A stretch of DNA of 64,000 nucleotides from Candidatus Poribacteria bacterium (GCA_965205025.1 CBDBFU010000002.1:356089-420088); one strand, 5' to 3'; positions 31,558-41,017 are shown, counted from the stretch's first letter. Made by a program: numbers and translations. Notes: generated from the letters alone by a model not told the origin.

Positions 31558-31789
31558 AAAAAATCACGGTTCACCATGCAGAAAATACCATTTCTAAGCG
31601 ATTATACTGCATTATTTCGTAAATTGGGTTTCGCTTGCGACACCGCCAAATGCCACACGGGGAATGCCTTATGAAGATTAATATTTTTATCCGGTGCACA
31701 TTATTGTGCAGTCTGTATACATCCCTGTACGCAATTGTGCTACAGTGTCTGTACAATAACAATTTCTCAGAAATTCAAGCGGTTCTTGG

Positions 31790-31805
31790 TGGCATATAAA
31801 TTGCA
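31790..31805 (+). promoter_or_regulatory. Sigma54 (-24/-12) promoter candidate
   Basis: TGGCATATAAATTGCA fits GG-N10-GC; palindrome TGCACATTATTGTGCA at 31695-31710 is at enhancer distance. Confidence 0.55.
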
Positions 31806-31899
31806 TTAGTGTATATATAATTCAATACTGACAACGTTGATTGGTCACCAAATGACAGAATATATCTTGAGTAAAAACAAATAATATGGGGAAATTGTT

Positions 31900-32217
31900 A
31901 TGAAAAAGCTACTCTTTCTATTCACAATCACATTGGTTGGTATAACACATACAGTTAATGTATCTGCAAAGACAATCGTCACAGATGGACTCATTAGTTA
32001 TTGGACATTTGATCGCAATACTATTAACGGTATAACAGTTAAGGATGTATGGGGTGGAAATGATGCAACGATTGTAGGAATTCCGAGAAGTACGGATTTA
32101 CAACCGGGCACTTACTCCTGACGAAGTGATTCACAATTTTGAATCTGATATTGGATTAGGTGTGGAACCTGTTCAAAATTACCAACTGTCTGGGGTGCTA
32201 TAAAATCAAGGCGGTAA
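31900..32217 (+). pseudogene. LamG/concanavalin-like secreted protein relic with internal deletion
   Basis: Signal peptide plus IVTDGLISYWTFD..KDVWGGNDATIVG, joined out of frame to EVRIYNRALTPDEVIHNF..GVEPVQ and, after another frameshift, LPTVWGAIKSRR-stop. Confidence 0.75.
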
Positions 32218-32298
32218 AACTTTCTACTTGACCATTTAAACTTTTTGTATGAAACCTTATGATGTTTTGTCTCTACACTTCCTAAAGGAGAATATAAA

Positions 32299-33012
32299 AT
32301 GCGAAAGATCGTCGTTACAGGTATCATCTTTATTCTGATAATGATTGTGTGGATCGGTTATTTGAAATATGACACAAAGAATTTCATTGAAGAATTGTCT
32401 CATGAACCACTGCAACAAGTCGACAAAGTTGCAAAGGACACAACTAAAACTACCAAGGACAAAGTAGTCAAAACCGAACAAACCGGTTTTGAAAACCCAC
32501 TGTCGTCTTTACCAGAGAAAAAAACGGAAATTATCCAAGAAAATAATCATTCCGAAACCAACACAGAAAACAAAGACAACGTTTTGCAATCTGTACAGAC
32601 CTCTGAGGAAACTGGAATCTCTCCAGAACTAAAGAAAGTCTTCTCAGAATACCATAATCTCTATCGAAAATCGGAAGATTTAAGTCTTGTGCTTGGTCCC
32701 CTTATCACACGCTCTGTTGAAATATCGGTACGTATCACGACGATCGGTCAGGATCTCTCTGTAGCCAAAGATGAAGAGACAAAACGAAAAATAAGATCAG
32801 AATGGAATGCAATAGAAAAATGGATTGAAGATAACGGACCAAACATTATGAAACTTGAAAATGAAGCCACACAATTGTCTAATGAGCGATTACGGATCAT
32901 CAACGCATACGGTTTTGCTACCGAAAGAGATTTCTTGAAGGCACATAGGAAAGATTATGAGACTTGGGTATCTGACGAAGGGCTAAGTCAGTTATCTATT
33001 TTCAGAAGGTAA
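32299..33012 (+). CDS. Hypothetical N-terminally membrane-anchored helical protein (copy 2)
   Basis: Same length as and near-identical to 16556-17269, including the upstream TTCCTAAAGGAGAAT. Confidence 0.8.
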   Translation: MRKIVVTGIIFILIMIVWIGYLKYDTKNFIEELSHEPLQQVDKVAKDTTKTTKDKVVKTEQTGFENPLSSLPEKKTEIIQENNHSETNTENKDNVLQSVQTSEETGISPELKKVFSEYHNLYRKSEDLSLVLGPLITRSVEISVRITTIGQDLSVAKDEETKRKIRSEWNAIEKWIEDNGPNIMKLENEATQLSNERLRIINAYGFATERDFLKAHRKDYETWVSDEGLSQLSIFRR

Positions 33013-33086
33013 TTTATAGCACTATACTCTTGGTAGGAGGGGATTCCAATCCCGACCCTTCAAGTTCCTGTCCCCTCCCCTTGGTA

Positions 33087-33166
33087 GGCATTCATACCCG
33101 GGGAATGCCATAAGGCATTCATACCGTTGATTCCTTGATTCCTTGATTTCTTGATTCCTTGATTTG
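33087..33166. repeat. Family C palindrome plus five TTGATT(C/T)(C/G) octamers
   Basis: GGCATTCATACC-CGGGGAATGCC-ATAA-GGCATTCATACCG followed by tandem octamers at 33127-33166. Confidence 0.75.
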
Positions 33167-33283
33167 GTGCATTTAGCGTTCATTTGAACATGGTAGTAGG
33201 CACGCTCCGCGTGCCATTATGACAAATATCTGTGTAATTATTGTCAATAAAAAAGTATTTGATATTTTAGGAGGTTGTATATA

Positions 33284-33970
33284 ATGTTCAGAAAATTGTG
33301 TATAATAGGATTGGTTTTTCTGATGAGTCTTACGGTGATGACACTGACTGCTGATGCTCAACAAAAAATTCTTGGTCCGTATCTCTGGATGATTGTTAAA
33401 ACTGTAGATGGACAAGGTGGTGCAAATTCTACCTATGTTGATTCACTTGATCAAGCCAGCAACGGCAAAGTCACCGAAGAGAAAATCGCCAAACACGGCG
33501 CAAGAGAAGGAAACGAAGTTGGAAATTATGAGTGGACACCTGGCACACTTGCCAATAACGGAGATATTAACGCTCTCGTTAATAAAATAGGTTTGGAGGT
33601 TGGTGAGTTAGATCATATAACGTCTTATGCCCTAATTCTCCTCAAAACGAAAAGAGCGCAAACAAACGTAGCAATGGGTGTCAGTAGTGATGACTCAGTT
33701 AGAGTTTGGGTTAATGGCGAAGTTGTTCATACCCATGCAGAGAACCGGAGTCGCGGCAAAGAAAACACCTTCCAAGATCAGTTAAAGGTTGATCTAAAAA
33801 AAGGAAATAATTTAATCATGATAAAGGTCAGTGAACGTGGTGGTGGATGGGGTATGCACTTCGGCGTAGGCGGCGACTATGAATTAGCCGAAATTGATGC
33901 CATTTTTTTGCCAATTGAACCCGCTGGCAAATTAACAACACAATGGGCACAAATCAAGAATATCCGGTAA
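33284..33970 (+). CDS. Secreted PA14-like / galactose-binding-like beta-sandwich protein with C-terminal W-x-x-I-K motif
   Basis: SD AGGAGG; signal peptide ending ADA; SDDSVRVWVNG..LKKG.N.IMIKV..GGW; tail IEPAGKLTTQWAQIK. Confidence 0.75.
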   Translation: MFRKLCIIGLVFLMSLTVMTLTADAQQKILGPYLWMIVKTVDGQGGANSTYVDSLDQASNGKVTEEKIAKHGAREGNEVGNYEWTPGTLANNGDINALVNKIGLEVGELDHITSYALILLKTKRAQTNVAMGVSSDDSVRVWVNGEVVHTHAENRSRGKENTFQDQLKVDLKKGNNLIMIKVSERGGGWGMHFGVGGDYELAEIDAIFLPIEPAGKLTTQWAQIKNIR

Positions 33971-34103
33971 TTCTGATCTGTTATATCACAAAAGAGTGTT
34001 TTCGGTTTTCTCTATATTCAATGAAAATTTCTGCAATGAAATTTTGTTTAAAACCTGTAATTTGTATAATATTGTACTTCGTGCAGTAAAGCATTTATAA
34101 GTA

Positions 34104-34231
34104 ATACCATTTCTGATAATTAAAGTCCCATTAATAAAATCTCTTAAATGTAGCACAAACTTCCAGTTTGTGTAGTATTTCAAGACATAAATATCACCTA
34201 ATCATGGGAGAATCATTTATAGAAATGGTAT
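34104..34231. mobile_element. MITE family A copy
   Basis: TAATACCATTTCT...AGAAATGGTATTA with internal GTAGCACAAACTTCCAGTTTGTG. Confidence 0.7.
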
Positions 34232-34274
34232 TACTTCAGGCACTCAAACCTAAGTGATTTTCCAGGAGATTAAA

Positions 34275-34650
34275 ATGAAACACACCTATATGTTGTTTAG
34301 AATGACATTCCTATTCAGTTTTTTCTGCTTACCGTAAACGCTTGGGGAGCTCCGTATATTTCTTTCAATTCATACCGTGCAGGGCAAACTGGCATCTACA
34401 TCATTGATACAAACGGCAAGAATCTACGCAGCCTAACAAATCACCCCGCAGGCTGTTGCGCAACGTGGGCACCGGATGGGCGTTCTTTTTGCTTTTGTGT
34501 GGGACCGTGATAAAAATAACGAAATCTATATTAAGAAATTCAATGTAGCTCAGGCGCGTCAGTTGACAGATCAGCCGGAGTTAGATTATGCTCCTGCTTG
34601 GTCACCTGATGGGAAACAGATTGCTTATACTGTCAGTAGTGATGGGAACA
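34275..34650 (+). pseudogene. TolB-like paralog relic (frameshifts and internal deletions)
   Basis: DNA and upstream region match 28381/30559 (CTAAGTGATTTTCCAGGAGAT..ATGAAACACACC); frameshift in the signal-peptide T-run; blades missing. Confidence 0.8.
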
Positions 34651-34784
34651 AAATTTCCGGTTTATTCATAGACGGTTACGCATTTTCATGCTATACTATT
34701 GGCAAAATCCTTCCCAAGATAATATCCCACTGAATTAAAATCTGGAAATATAAAGACATTTGCCCATAGGCAAGGAATAATATT

Positions 34785-36983
34785 ATGCAAGAAACAAGAA
34801 AGGAAAAATTACAGGAAATTGCAGAAAAGGCGTTAACGGAATCTGTTGTCCGTGTGGTATGGCAAAAAACTGACGAAAAATCTGGTAAACACCTTATCTG
34901 GCCACGGGGTAGCGGATTCTTTGTTGATCCAAACCTGATTGTAACAAATATTCATTGTATTGCAGGAGCTCCATCCTTTTTTGCGGAACTCGTTAGTACA
35001 AAAACGGAATTCTCTATTGAAGGTGTGGTGGCATTTGATGTCAAAAACGACCTTGTCATTTTTAAAGCCGTTGGGGCAGGAACGCCGCTGCCCTTCGGTG
35101 ATAGTGGGACAGTCCAGATTGGCGATATTTTTTGTGCAGTAGGCTACCCCGGAGAAGAAAAAGGTATAGCTACACAAATCACACTGCAAGGCATTAGAAA
35201 TAGCGATAGACGTTTACAAATTAAAGAGGATTTTGCTCCCGGATATAGTGGTGGTGCTGTCCTAAATAGCGTGGGTGAGGTTATAGGTGTTGCTGTTGGT
35301 GCTGCCACAAGCATATTGATGTTTAGTGGTGGAACAACTTTGTCTACGAGTCACGCGATTCCCGTAAGTGCCTTACAGTTTTTACTCGCGAACAGGATAG
35401 AAATGATGCCATTGGATGAATGGCAAAAACTTCCACAGATACAAGGTTTTTCCGAAGTTGTGCAAGCCCAGATGAATATGAGGCAAGGTAACCACATGGA
35501 AGCGTTAAAGTGCCTTGATGCTGCAAGTGAACTCAATCCAAATTCAGTGGAGATATACACCAATCGTGCAGGTTTAAAGATTCTTATGGGCGAAGCAGAA
35601 GATGCAATTGTCGACTGTGATTCTGCCATAAAACTTAATCCCGATTTTGTTGAGGCACATATCAACCGAGCCGCCGCGAATTTATCATTAGATCAACACA
35701 ATGCGGCAATTGCTGACTGTGATGCTGCCCTCAAACTTGACCCTGATTTTGCTCAGGCCTATGTCATCAGAGCATCCGCTAAATTTGATACTAAATTTGA
35801 TCCAGAACAACACAAAGAGGCACTTGCTGATTATGATATTGCCTTAAAACTCAATCCAAATGCAGCAGAAATCTATTTTACGCGCGCACATGTGAAAGCT
35901 GTATTGGAGGACTATAATGGGGCAATTGAAGACTACGACAAAATGATTAGCCTAAATCCTGAACCCAATCCATTATTGAATGTTTACGGGCATCGAGGAG
36001 ATGCAAAACGTTTCAATCGCGACTATGAAGGCGCAATTGAAGACTACGACAAAGTTATTCAATCCAACGCACAAGACGACGAGGCATACAACAGTCGTGG
36101 TCGTGCAAAGTATTACCTCGGTAGATCTAAAGCGAAACAAGGTGATAAAACTGATGCTCGTAAATGGTATCAAGAGGCGATTGATGATTATTCTGAAGCT
36201 ATCACGTTAGACCCTGAGAATAGAAGTTGTTACTTTAATCGTGGTCTTGCAAAACGCGAACTTCGCGACTATGAAGAAGCGATTGCGGATTACGATAAAG
36301 TAATCCAATTGAATCCCAAGAGCGATACTGGCTACTTCCAACGCGCGTACGCAAAACACCAACTTGGTGTTTCCAATGTGGATGATGGAGATGTAGCTGG
36401 TGCTGATGGATACTTTCAAGAGTCTATTGAAGATTATACTGAATCCATTAAACTTGACCCAGAGTACGCTATTTCTTACTACAATCGCGGTTTAGCGAAA
36501 CTCCGTCTTGGTAAATTAAAAGCAGTTCAACAGAACATCGCTGAAACCAGAGTACTATATCAACAATCTATTGAAGATTATACCAAAACCCTCAAACTTG
36601 ACCCTAAATACACAGATGCCTATAATGACAGAGGATGGTCAAAGTATATTCTTGGACAATTAGATACCGATCAGGGAAACATTGAAAAAGCCACGAATCT
36701 TTTTCACGCAGCAATAGTCGACAGTGATGAAGCAATTCGTCTACAAACAGACAATCCAAGTGCTGCCGCCTACCACACTCGTGCTACAGCAAAAGCTGCT
36801 CTTGGGGACTATGATCATGCAATTGAAGATTTTGATGAGGCCATACGGATTAAGCCTGATGAGGCACTCTACTACTACGAACGAGGACTAGCAAAACAAG
36901 CACTCGGCAAGCATGAAGAAGCAAAAGCAGACATTGCAAAGGCGAAGGAATTGGACCCTGACGTTGAAAACAAGTCATACTAA
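34785..36983 (+). CDS. Trypsin-like serine protease fused to TPR repeats
   Basis: GSGFFV..IVTNIHCI (His), NDLVI (Asp), PGYSGG (Ser); many AY.NRG..AI.DY..AI.L.P repeats; no signal peptide. Confidence 0.9.
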   Translation: MQETRKEKLQEIAEKALTESVVRVVWQKTDEKSGKHLIWPRGSGFFVDPNLIVTNIHCIAGAPSFFAELVSTKTEFSIEGVVAFDVKNDLVIFKAVGAGTPLPFGDSGTVQIGDIFCAVGYPGEEKGIATQITLQGIRNSDRRLQIKEDFAPGYSGGAVLNSVGEVIGVAVGAATSILMFSGGTTLSTSHAIPVSALQFLLANRIEMMPLDEWQKLPQIQGFSEVVQAQMNMRQGNHMEALKCLDAASELNPNSVEIYTNRAGLKILMGEAEDAIVDCDSAIKLNPDFVEAHINRAAANLSLDQHNAAIADCDAALKLDPDFAQAYVIRASAKFDTKFDPEQHKEALADYDIALKLNPNAAEIYFTRAHVKAVLEDYNGAIEDYDKMISLNPEPNPLLNVYGHRGDAKRFNRDYEGAIEDYDKVIQSNAQDDEAYNSRGRAKYYLGRSKAKQGDKTDARKWYQEAIDDYSEAITLDPENRSCYFNRGLAKRELRDYEEAIADYDKVIQLNPKSDTGYFQRAYAKHQLGVSNVDDGDVAGADGYFQESIEDYTESIKLDPEYAISYYNRGLAKLRLGKLKAVQQNIAETRVLYQQSIEDYTKTLKLDPKYTDAYNDRGWSKYILGQLDTDQGNIEKATNLFHAAIVDSDEAIRLQTDNPSAAAYHTRATAKAALGDYDHAIEDFDEAIRIKPDEALYYYERGLAKQALGKHEEAKADIAKAKELDPDVENKSY

Positions 36984-37285
36984 CAAATACTAACAAAATA
37001 ATATTCAAAAATCCTTTGAATACCATGATTTTGAAATATAAACTTAACCAAGTTATGATTTAGGCGTGCTTCTGTGCCCCTTTTCTATTTCCTTACCATA
37101 TTTAAACACCCGCAAACTATGGTAGATTTTAGAATTACTTGAACACTGCAAATCAGTCAGGTTAGGAATCTCGCCTGCAAGGAATGAGAGTGTTCATTTA
37201 TATTCATAATTTACTATGATTTTGTATACATTCCTTGAAAAACCACACAAAAACCAATTTTTACCGAAAAAAGCATTTTTTTGTA

Positions 37286-37452
37286 AAACGGCAAGAATCT
37301 ACAGAGATTGACCTGGGCGAAACCTTTCACTCGCATGGGTTCCCGAAAGTTTTTTCTCCGTTTCTCAGACTGTGGACACCCAGACGACCCTCTGAGGTCG
37401 ATTGAAACAAGATGAACGTATGACGCAATAAAGATAATCACGGTTCACCATG
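37286..37452 (+). pseudogene. Collapsed TolB-like relic (mid-gene fragment joined to 3' end and downstream region)
   Basis: AACGGCAAGAATCTACAGAGATTGAC joined to GCATGGGTTCCCGAAAGTTTTTTCTCCGTTTCTC..GAACGTATGA..GATAATCACGGTTCACCATG. Confidence 0.75.
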
Positions 37453-37549
37453 AGGAGTATACCTAACAATGACCAAGAAGGTATTTCCTATTATGATAGC
37501 CTTCCAGACGGTCCTATTTATTCAACTCAATTAACTATTTTCTATATTC

Positions 37550-37578
37550 TGCACCCAATTTTCACTTAACCTACGTCT
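37550..37578 (+). promoter_or_regulatory. ECF-type promoter TGCACC-N18-CGTCT
   Basis: Recurrent motif; identical to 41179-41207. Confidence 0.65.
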
Positions 37579-37609
37579 TAAAAGTAAAGACAAAAAAACA
37601 AGGTGTAAT

Positions 37610-40600
37610 ATGAAAAGGAATGATGTTGATTTAATTCACAGTATACTTTCAGGGGATGATTCTGCTTTTTCTGAACTTGTGCAGAGATACCAAAAGCAGG
37701 TTCATGCACTTGCATGGCGTAAAATTGGGGACTTTCATATTGCCGAAGAGATAACACAGGATACTTTCTTAAAAGTATATCAGCGACTCTCGACTCTGAA
37801 AAAACCACATCGTTTTGCTGGATGGCTTTATGTGATTGCAACACATTGTTGTCAAGATTGGCTACGCAAAAAACAGATATCTGCTGAGACATTAGAAAAT
37901 TTCAATAGTGAAGATTTACAACCGGAAGCATACTCACGATATGTGGCTGAACAGCAGGAAAAAACAAACGTTGAAGAACAACGGAAAGTCGTTAAGAAAC
38001 TTCTGTCTACACTACCGGAAAGTGAGCGGACAGTGATAACTTTGTATTACTTCGGTGAAATGACATGTGAGAAAATAAGTGAATTTTTAGGTGTCTCGAC
38101 AAATACTATCAAGAGTCGTCTTCGGAGAGCGCGGAACCGATTGAAAAACGAAGAAGCGATGATCCGAGAAGCAATCACGCACTTCCAAATTTCACCTACC
38201 CTCACAGAAAATATCATGCAAGAGGTATCGCGTCTGGAACCTACCACACCCGCTGCCAGCAAACCGTTAATCCCTTGGGCAATAGGGGCATCAAGTGTTG
38301 TTTTTATTGTGTTACTATTGGGGTTCGGAAGCCAATACTTAGGATTATTCCAAAAACCTTATAGTTTAGAAGCACAAACCGAAACCATAGTGGAACTTGT
38401 TGATGCACAAGTAATCCAAAATCTTGACGCAGACCCGAATGTGCTAAATCAACTCAATCAACAGAATGCGGATAGACATGGTAGAGAAAATGCTGATGAT
38501 GAGAAATCAAATCAAGCATCAGGTGATATAGGAGACTATACCCGATGGAATTTACCGGAAGGTGCAAAACGGAAGTTCGGAAAAGGTAGAATCACTGACA
38601 TTCAACTCTCTCCAGATAGTACACGCATTGCGATTGCAGACACTGGTGGTATATGGCTCTATGATGTCGAATCGGGTGATGAAATCGCGCGTCTCACAGA
38701 ACATACACGTAAAACCGAACAAGCTATGCCGCGAGTGCTTTTTTCACCTGATGGTAAATCATTCGCCAGTACAGGATATGATAATATCATCCGAATATAT
38801 GAAACTAAGTCAGGAAAAAACCTATTCACCCTTAATATGCCAATCGGACCTGCGCGGTTGTTCGAATTCAAAAAAGATGGTTCTTGGTCAACCAATATTA
38901 TTTCAGCAGATGAAGTGGAATCTTTTAGGTTCATTCCTAATGCCAAAACAAGATCAATGGAGATTCAAGGTGGTAGACACCTTCAATCTATAAAATATCT
39001 ACCTGATGGTAAAACTCTGGTGATTCAAAATTCAAACGGGACAATTTGGCTTTGGGATATCAATACAGGAGAACAGATAGCTACTTTCAGTCCAAACCTA
39101 CCTGTTCCCGATCTTGATACCTACCAGACTTTGATGCAGTTAGAAAAACTTCCTGTTCCAGCCAGATGGACGTTAGCAACGAATGCTTTTGTCAATACAA
39201 CTGTAGGAGGAATTCATGTAATTATTGCATTCGCAATTGGCGATAAGAATGGCACAATTAGTATCAGAGATGGACATACTGATAGACAGATAAGTACTCT
39301 TTCACGCGAAGATCAATCTAAAAAGAACGATGTTCCGGGAGTGGATCTACCGATTGTAGACAGAGTGAAACGTCCGGGTACAGTTCGTCAAATCCCAAAT
39401 AAACTACCCCATGACTGGGTGAAATGGATAACGAAGATTGAATTCTCTCCGGACGGAAAAACTCTTGTGAGTTGGAGTCACCACCGGATTGTAGATAGAT
39501 TGAACGGAAAATGGTCAGCCCGTCAAGGACCAACAGAACTTTGGGATGTCGCGTCAGGAAACCGTCTCGGTATTTTACCTCCTTACGAAATGCGTTGGTC
39601 AGATGTAGACGTTTTATTTACACAAGACGGAAAAACCCTCGCCATTAACGGTAGTGGTGGATGTGCAATATGGGATATCACCACACAAAGTGAAATCGCT
39701 CTATTCCAAGGAGAATTGGATGTTATATTTTCCGGTAATAGTAGGCAATTCGCTCTGATTAAAAATGAGGAAATGGCAATATGGGATATCACCACACAAA
39801 GTGAAATCGCATCTATCAATACAGTTCCTGGTCAATATAGCTTTAAGCAGAAAAACTCCGCATTTTTTAGACAAAAACCAAATCACACAGCGATTTCATG
39901 GTCAGGTGACATAATTGCTGCATTAGATCAATTTGGTTCCGTTGATTTATGGCAATCTAAGAAATCATCAGAATTACGTACCCTCACCACAAGTTATACA
40001 TATCCGTTTACAACATTAGCCTTTTCTTCGGATGGCAAAACACTTGCCAGCGGTGATGGTTCTGGAAACATTCAAATTTGGGATAGGAATACTGGTACAG
40101 TGAAAACAACCCTAACATCACCTACCAAAAAATATATTGGCGGTTTAACATTTTCTACCGATAATGCGACACTCATGAGTGAGAGTATAGGCATCATTGA
40201 AGAGTGGAATATTACAACCGGAAAAACAGTTAATACTTATACTATTCAAGGGGCAGCTGCACATGAGGTTAGCGGTGCCGATTCACATAATTCTGTGAGT
40301 TCAGCTGATTATATTTTTTCTATTCCCACAGGAGTAACTACCTTAACTCCATTCGGTGGAAAAATTGCAGGTCATATATGGTCTCCCCCTGGAAAAATGA
40401 CTCGTGATAGTGGTACATTTAAGGTATGGGATATCCCTACCAGTGAACTCCTATGTACCGTCATAGATGAAACTTTTATATTTAGAACATTAGCATTCAC
40501 ATACAATGGAAAAACGTTTGCTACCTATGGAAACGGTGGAGTGTCTTTGTGGAATACACATACAGGAGAAAAACTTACTACATTTAATATACCTAAAGAT

Positions 40601-41017
40601 CTGAACCCCGTAAATAAACACGCTTTAACTCCTAATATTTATGCTGGAGCATTTACACCTGATAGCAAAATACTGGCAGTTGGGGGAAGCTATAAAAACC
40701 ACTCGCTTTTCTTATGGGATATTGTCAACCAATCAAGTATTGCAATACTGAAAGGACATGAATATCCTGTATGTCGAATGGCATTTTCACCAGATAATAC
40801 AATCCTTGCCAGCGGTGATGCGGGAGGTGATATTCATTTATGGAGCATGCAGGATTTCCGTCATCTTGCAAAATTTAAATCCCCTGGTGGATATATCAAC
40901 ACAATCGTATTTTCGACTGACAGTAAAACCTTCGCCACTACAAATGGACATGCAGGAAGTTATTCTCTCATAGATCAAGGTGGTATTATCTACCTATGGG
41001 ATGTTCCATCTAAGTAA
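37610..41017 (+). CDS. ECF sigma-TM-divergent WD40 fusion (sigma gene 8)
   Basis: Sigma domain near-identical to gene 9, TM/linker near-identical to gene 6, WD40 repeats with large insertions. Confidence 0.9.
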   Translation: MKRNDVDLIHSILSGDDSAFSELVQRYQKQVHALAWRKIGDFHIAEEITQDTFLKVYQRLSTLKKPHRFAGWLYVIATHCCQDWLRKKQISAETLENFNSEDLQPEAYSRYVAEQQEKTNVEEQRKVVKKLLSTLPESERTVITLYYFGEMTCEKISEFLGVSTNTIKSRLRRARNRLKNEEAMIREAITHFQISPTLTENIMQEVSRLEPTTPAASKPLIPWAIGASSVVFIVLLLGFGSQYLGLFQKPYSLEAQTETIVELVDAQVIQNLDADPNVLNQLNQQNADRHGRENADDEKSNQASGDIGDYTRWNLPEGAKRKFGKGRITDIQLSPDSTRIAIADTGGIWLYDVESGDEIARLTEHTRKTEQAMPRVLFSPDGKSFASTGYDNIIRIYETKSGKNLFTLNMPIGPARLFEFKKDGSWSTNIISADEVESFRFIPNAKTRSMEIQGGRHLQSIKYLPDGKTLVIQNSNGTIWLWDINTGEQIATFSPNLPVPDLDTYQTLMQLEKLPVPARWTLATNAFVNTTVGGIHVIIAFAIGDKNGTISIRDGHTDRQISTLSREDQSKKNDVPGVDLPIVDRVKRPGTVRQIPNKLPHDWVKWITKIEFSPDGKTLVSWSHHRIVDRLNGKWSARQGPTELWDVASGNRLGILPPYEMRWSDVDVLFTQDGKTLAINGSGGCAIWDITTQSEIALFQGELDVIFSGNSRQFALIKNEEMAIWDITTQSEIASINTVPGQYSFKQKNSAFFRQKPNHTAISWSGDIIAALDQFGSVDLWQSKKSSELRTLTTSYTYPFTTLAFSSDGKTLASGDGSGNIQIWDRNTGTVKTTLTSPTKKYIGGLTFSTDNATLMSESIGIIEEWNITTGKTVNTYTIQGAAAHEVSGADSHNSVSSADYIFSIPTGVTTLTPFGGKIAGHIWSPPGKMTRDSGTFKVWDIPTSELLCTVIDETFIFRTLAFTYNGKTFATYGNGGVSLWNTHTGEKLTTFNIPKDLNPVNKHALTPNIYAGAFTPDSKILAVGGSYKNHSLFLWDIVNQSSIAILKGHEYPVCRMAFSPDNTILASGDAGGDIHLWSMQDFRHLAKFKSPGGYINTIVFSTDSKTFATTNGHAGSYSLIDQGGIIYLWDVPSK

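Noticed and set aside
33087-33166. CRISPR array
   Set aside because: The repeats are 8-bp tandem units or dispersed palindromes with no regular unique spacers and no cas genes.
34476-34733. 85-aa ORF as an independent gene
   Set aside because: It is a frame of the TolB-like pseudogene running into unrelated sequence.
28381-37452. Diversity-generating retroelement (relics as template repeats for TolB-like genes)
   Set aside because: No reverse transcriptase in the window, and differences include indels and all base types rather than adenine-specific changes.
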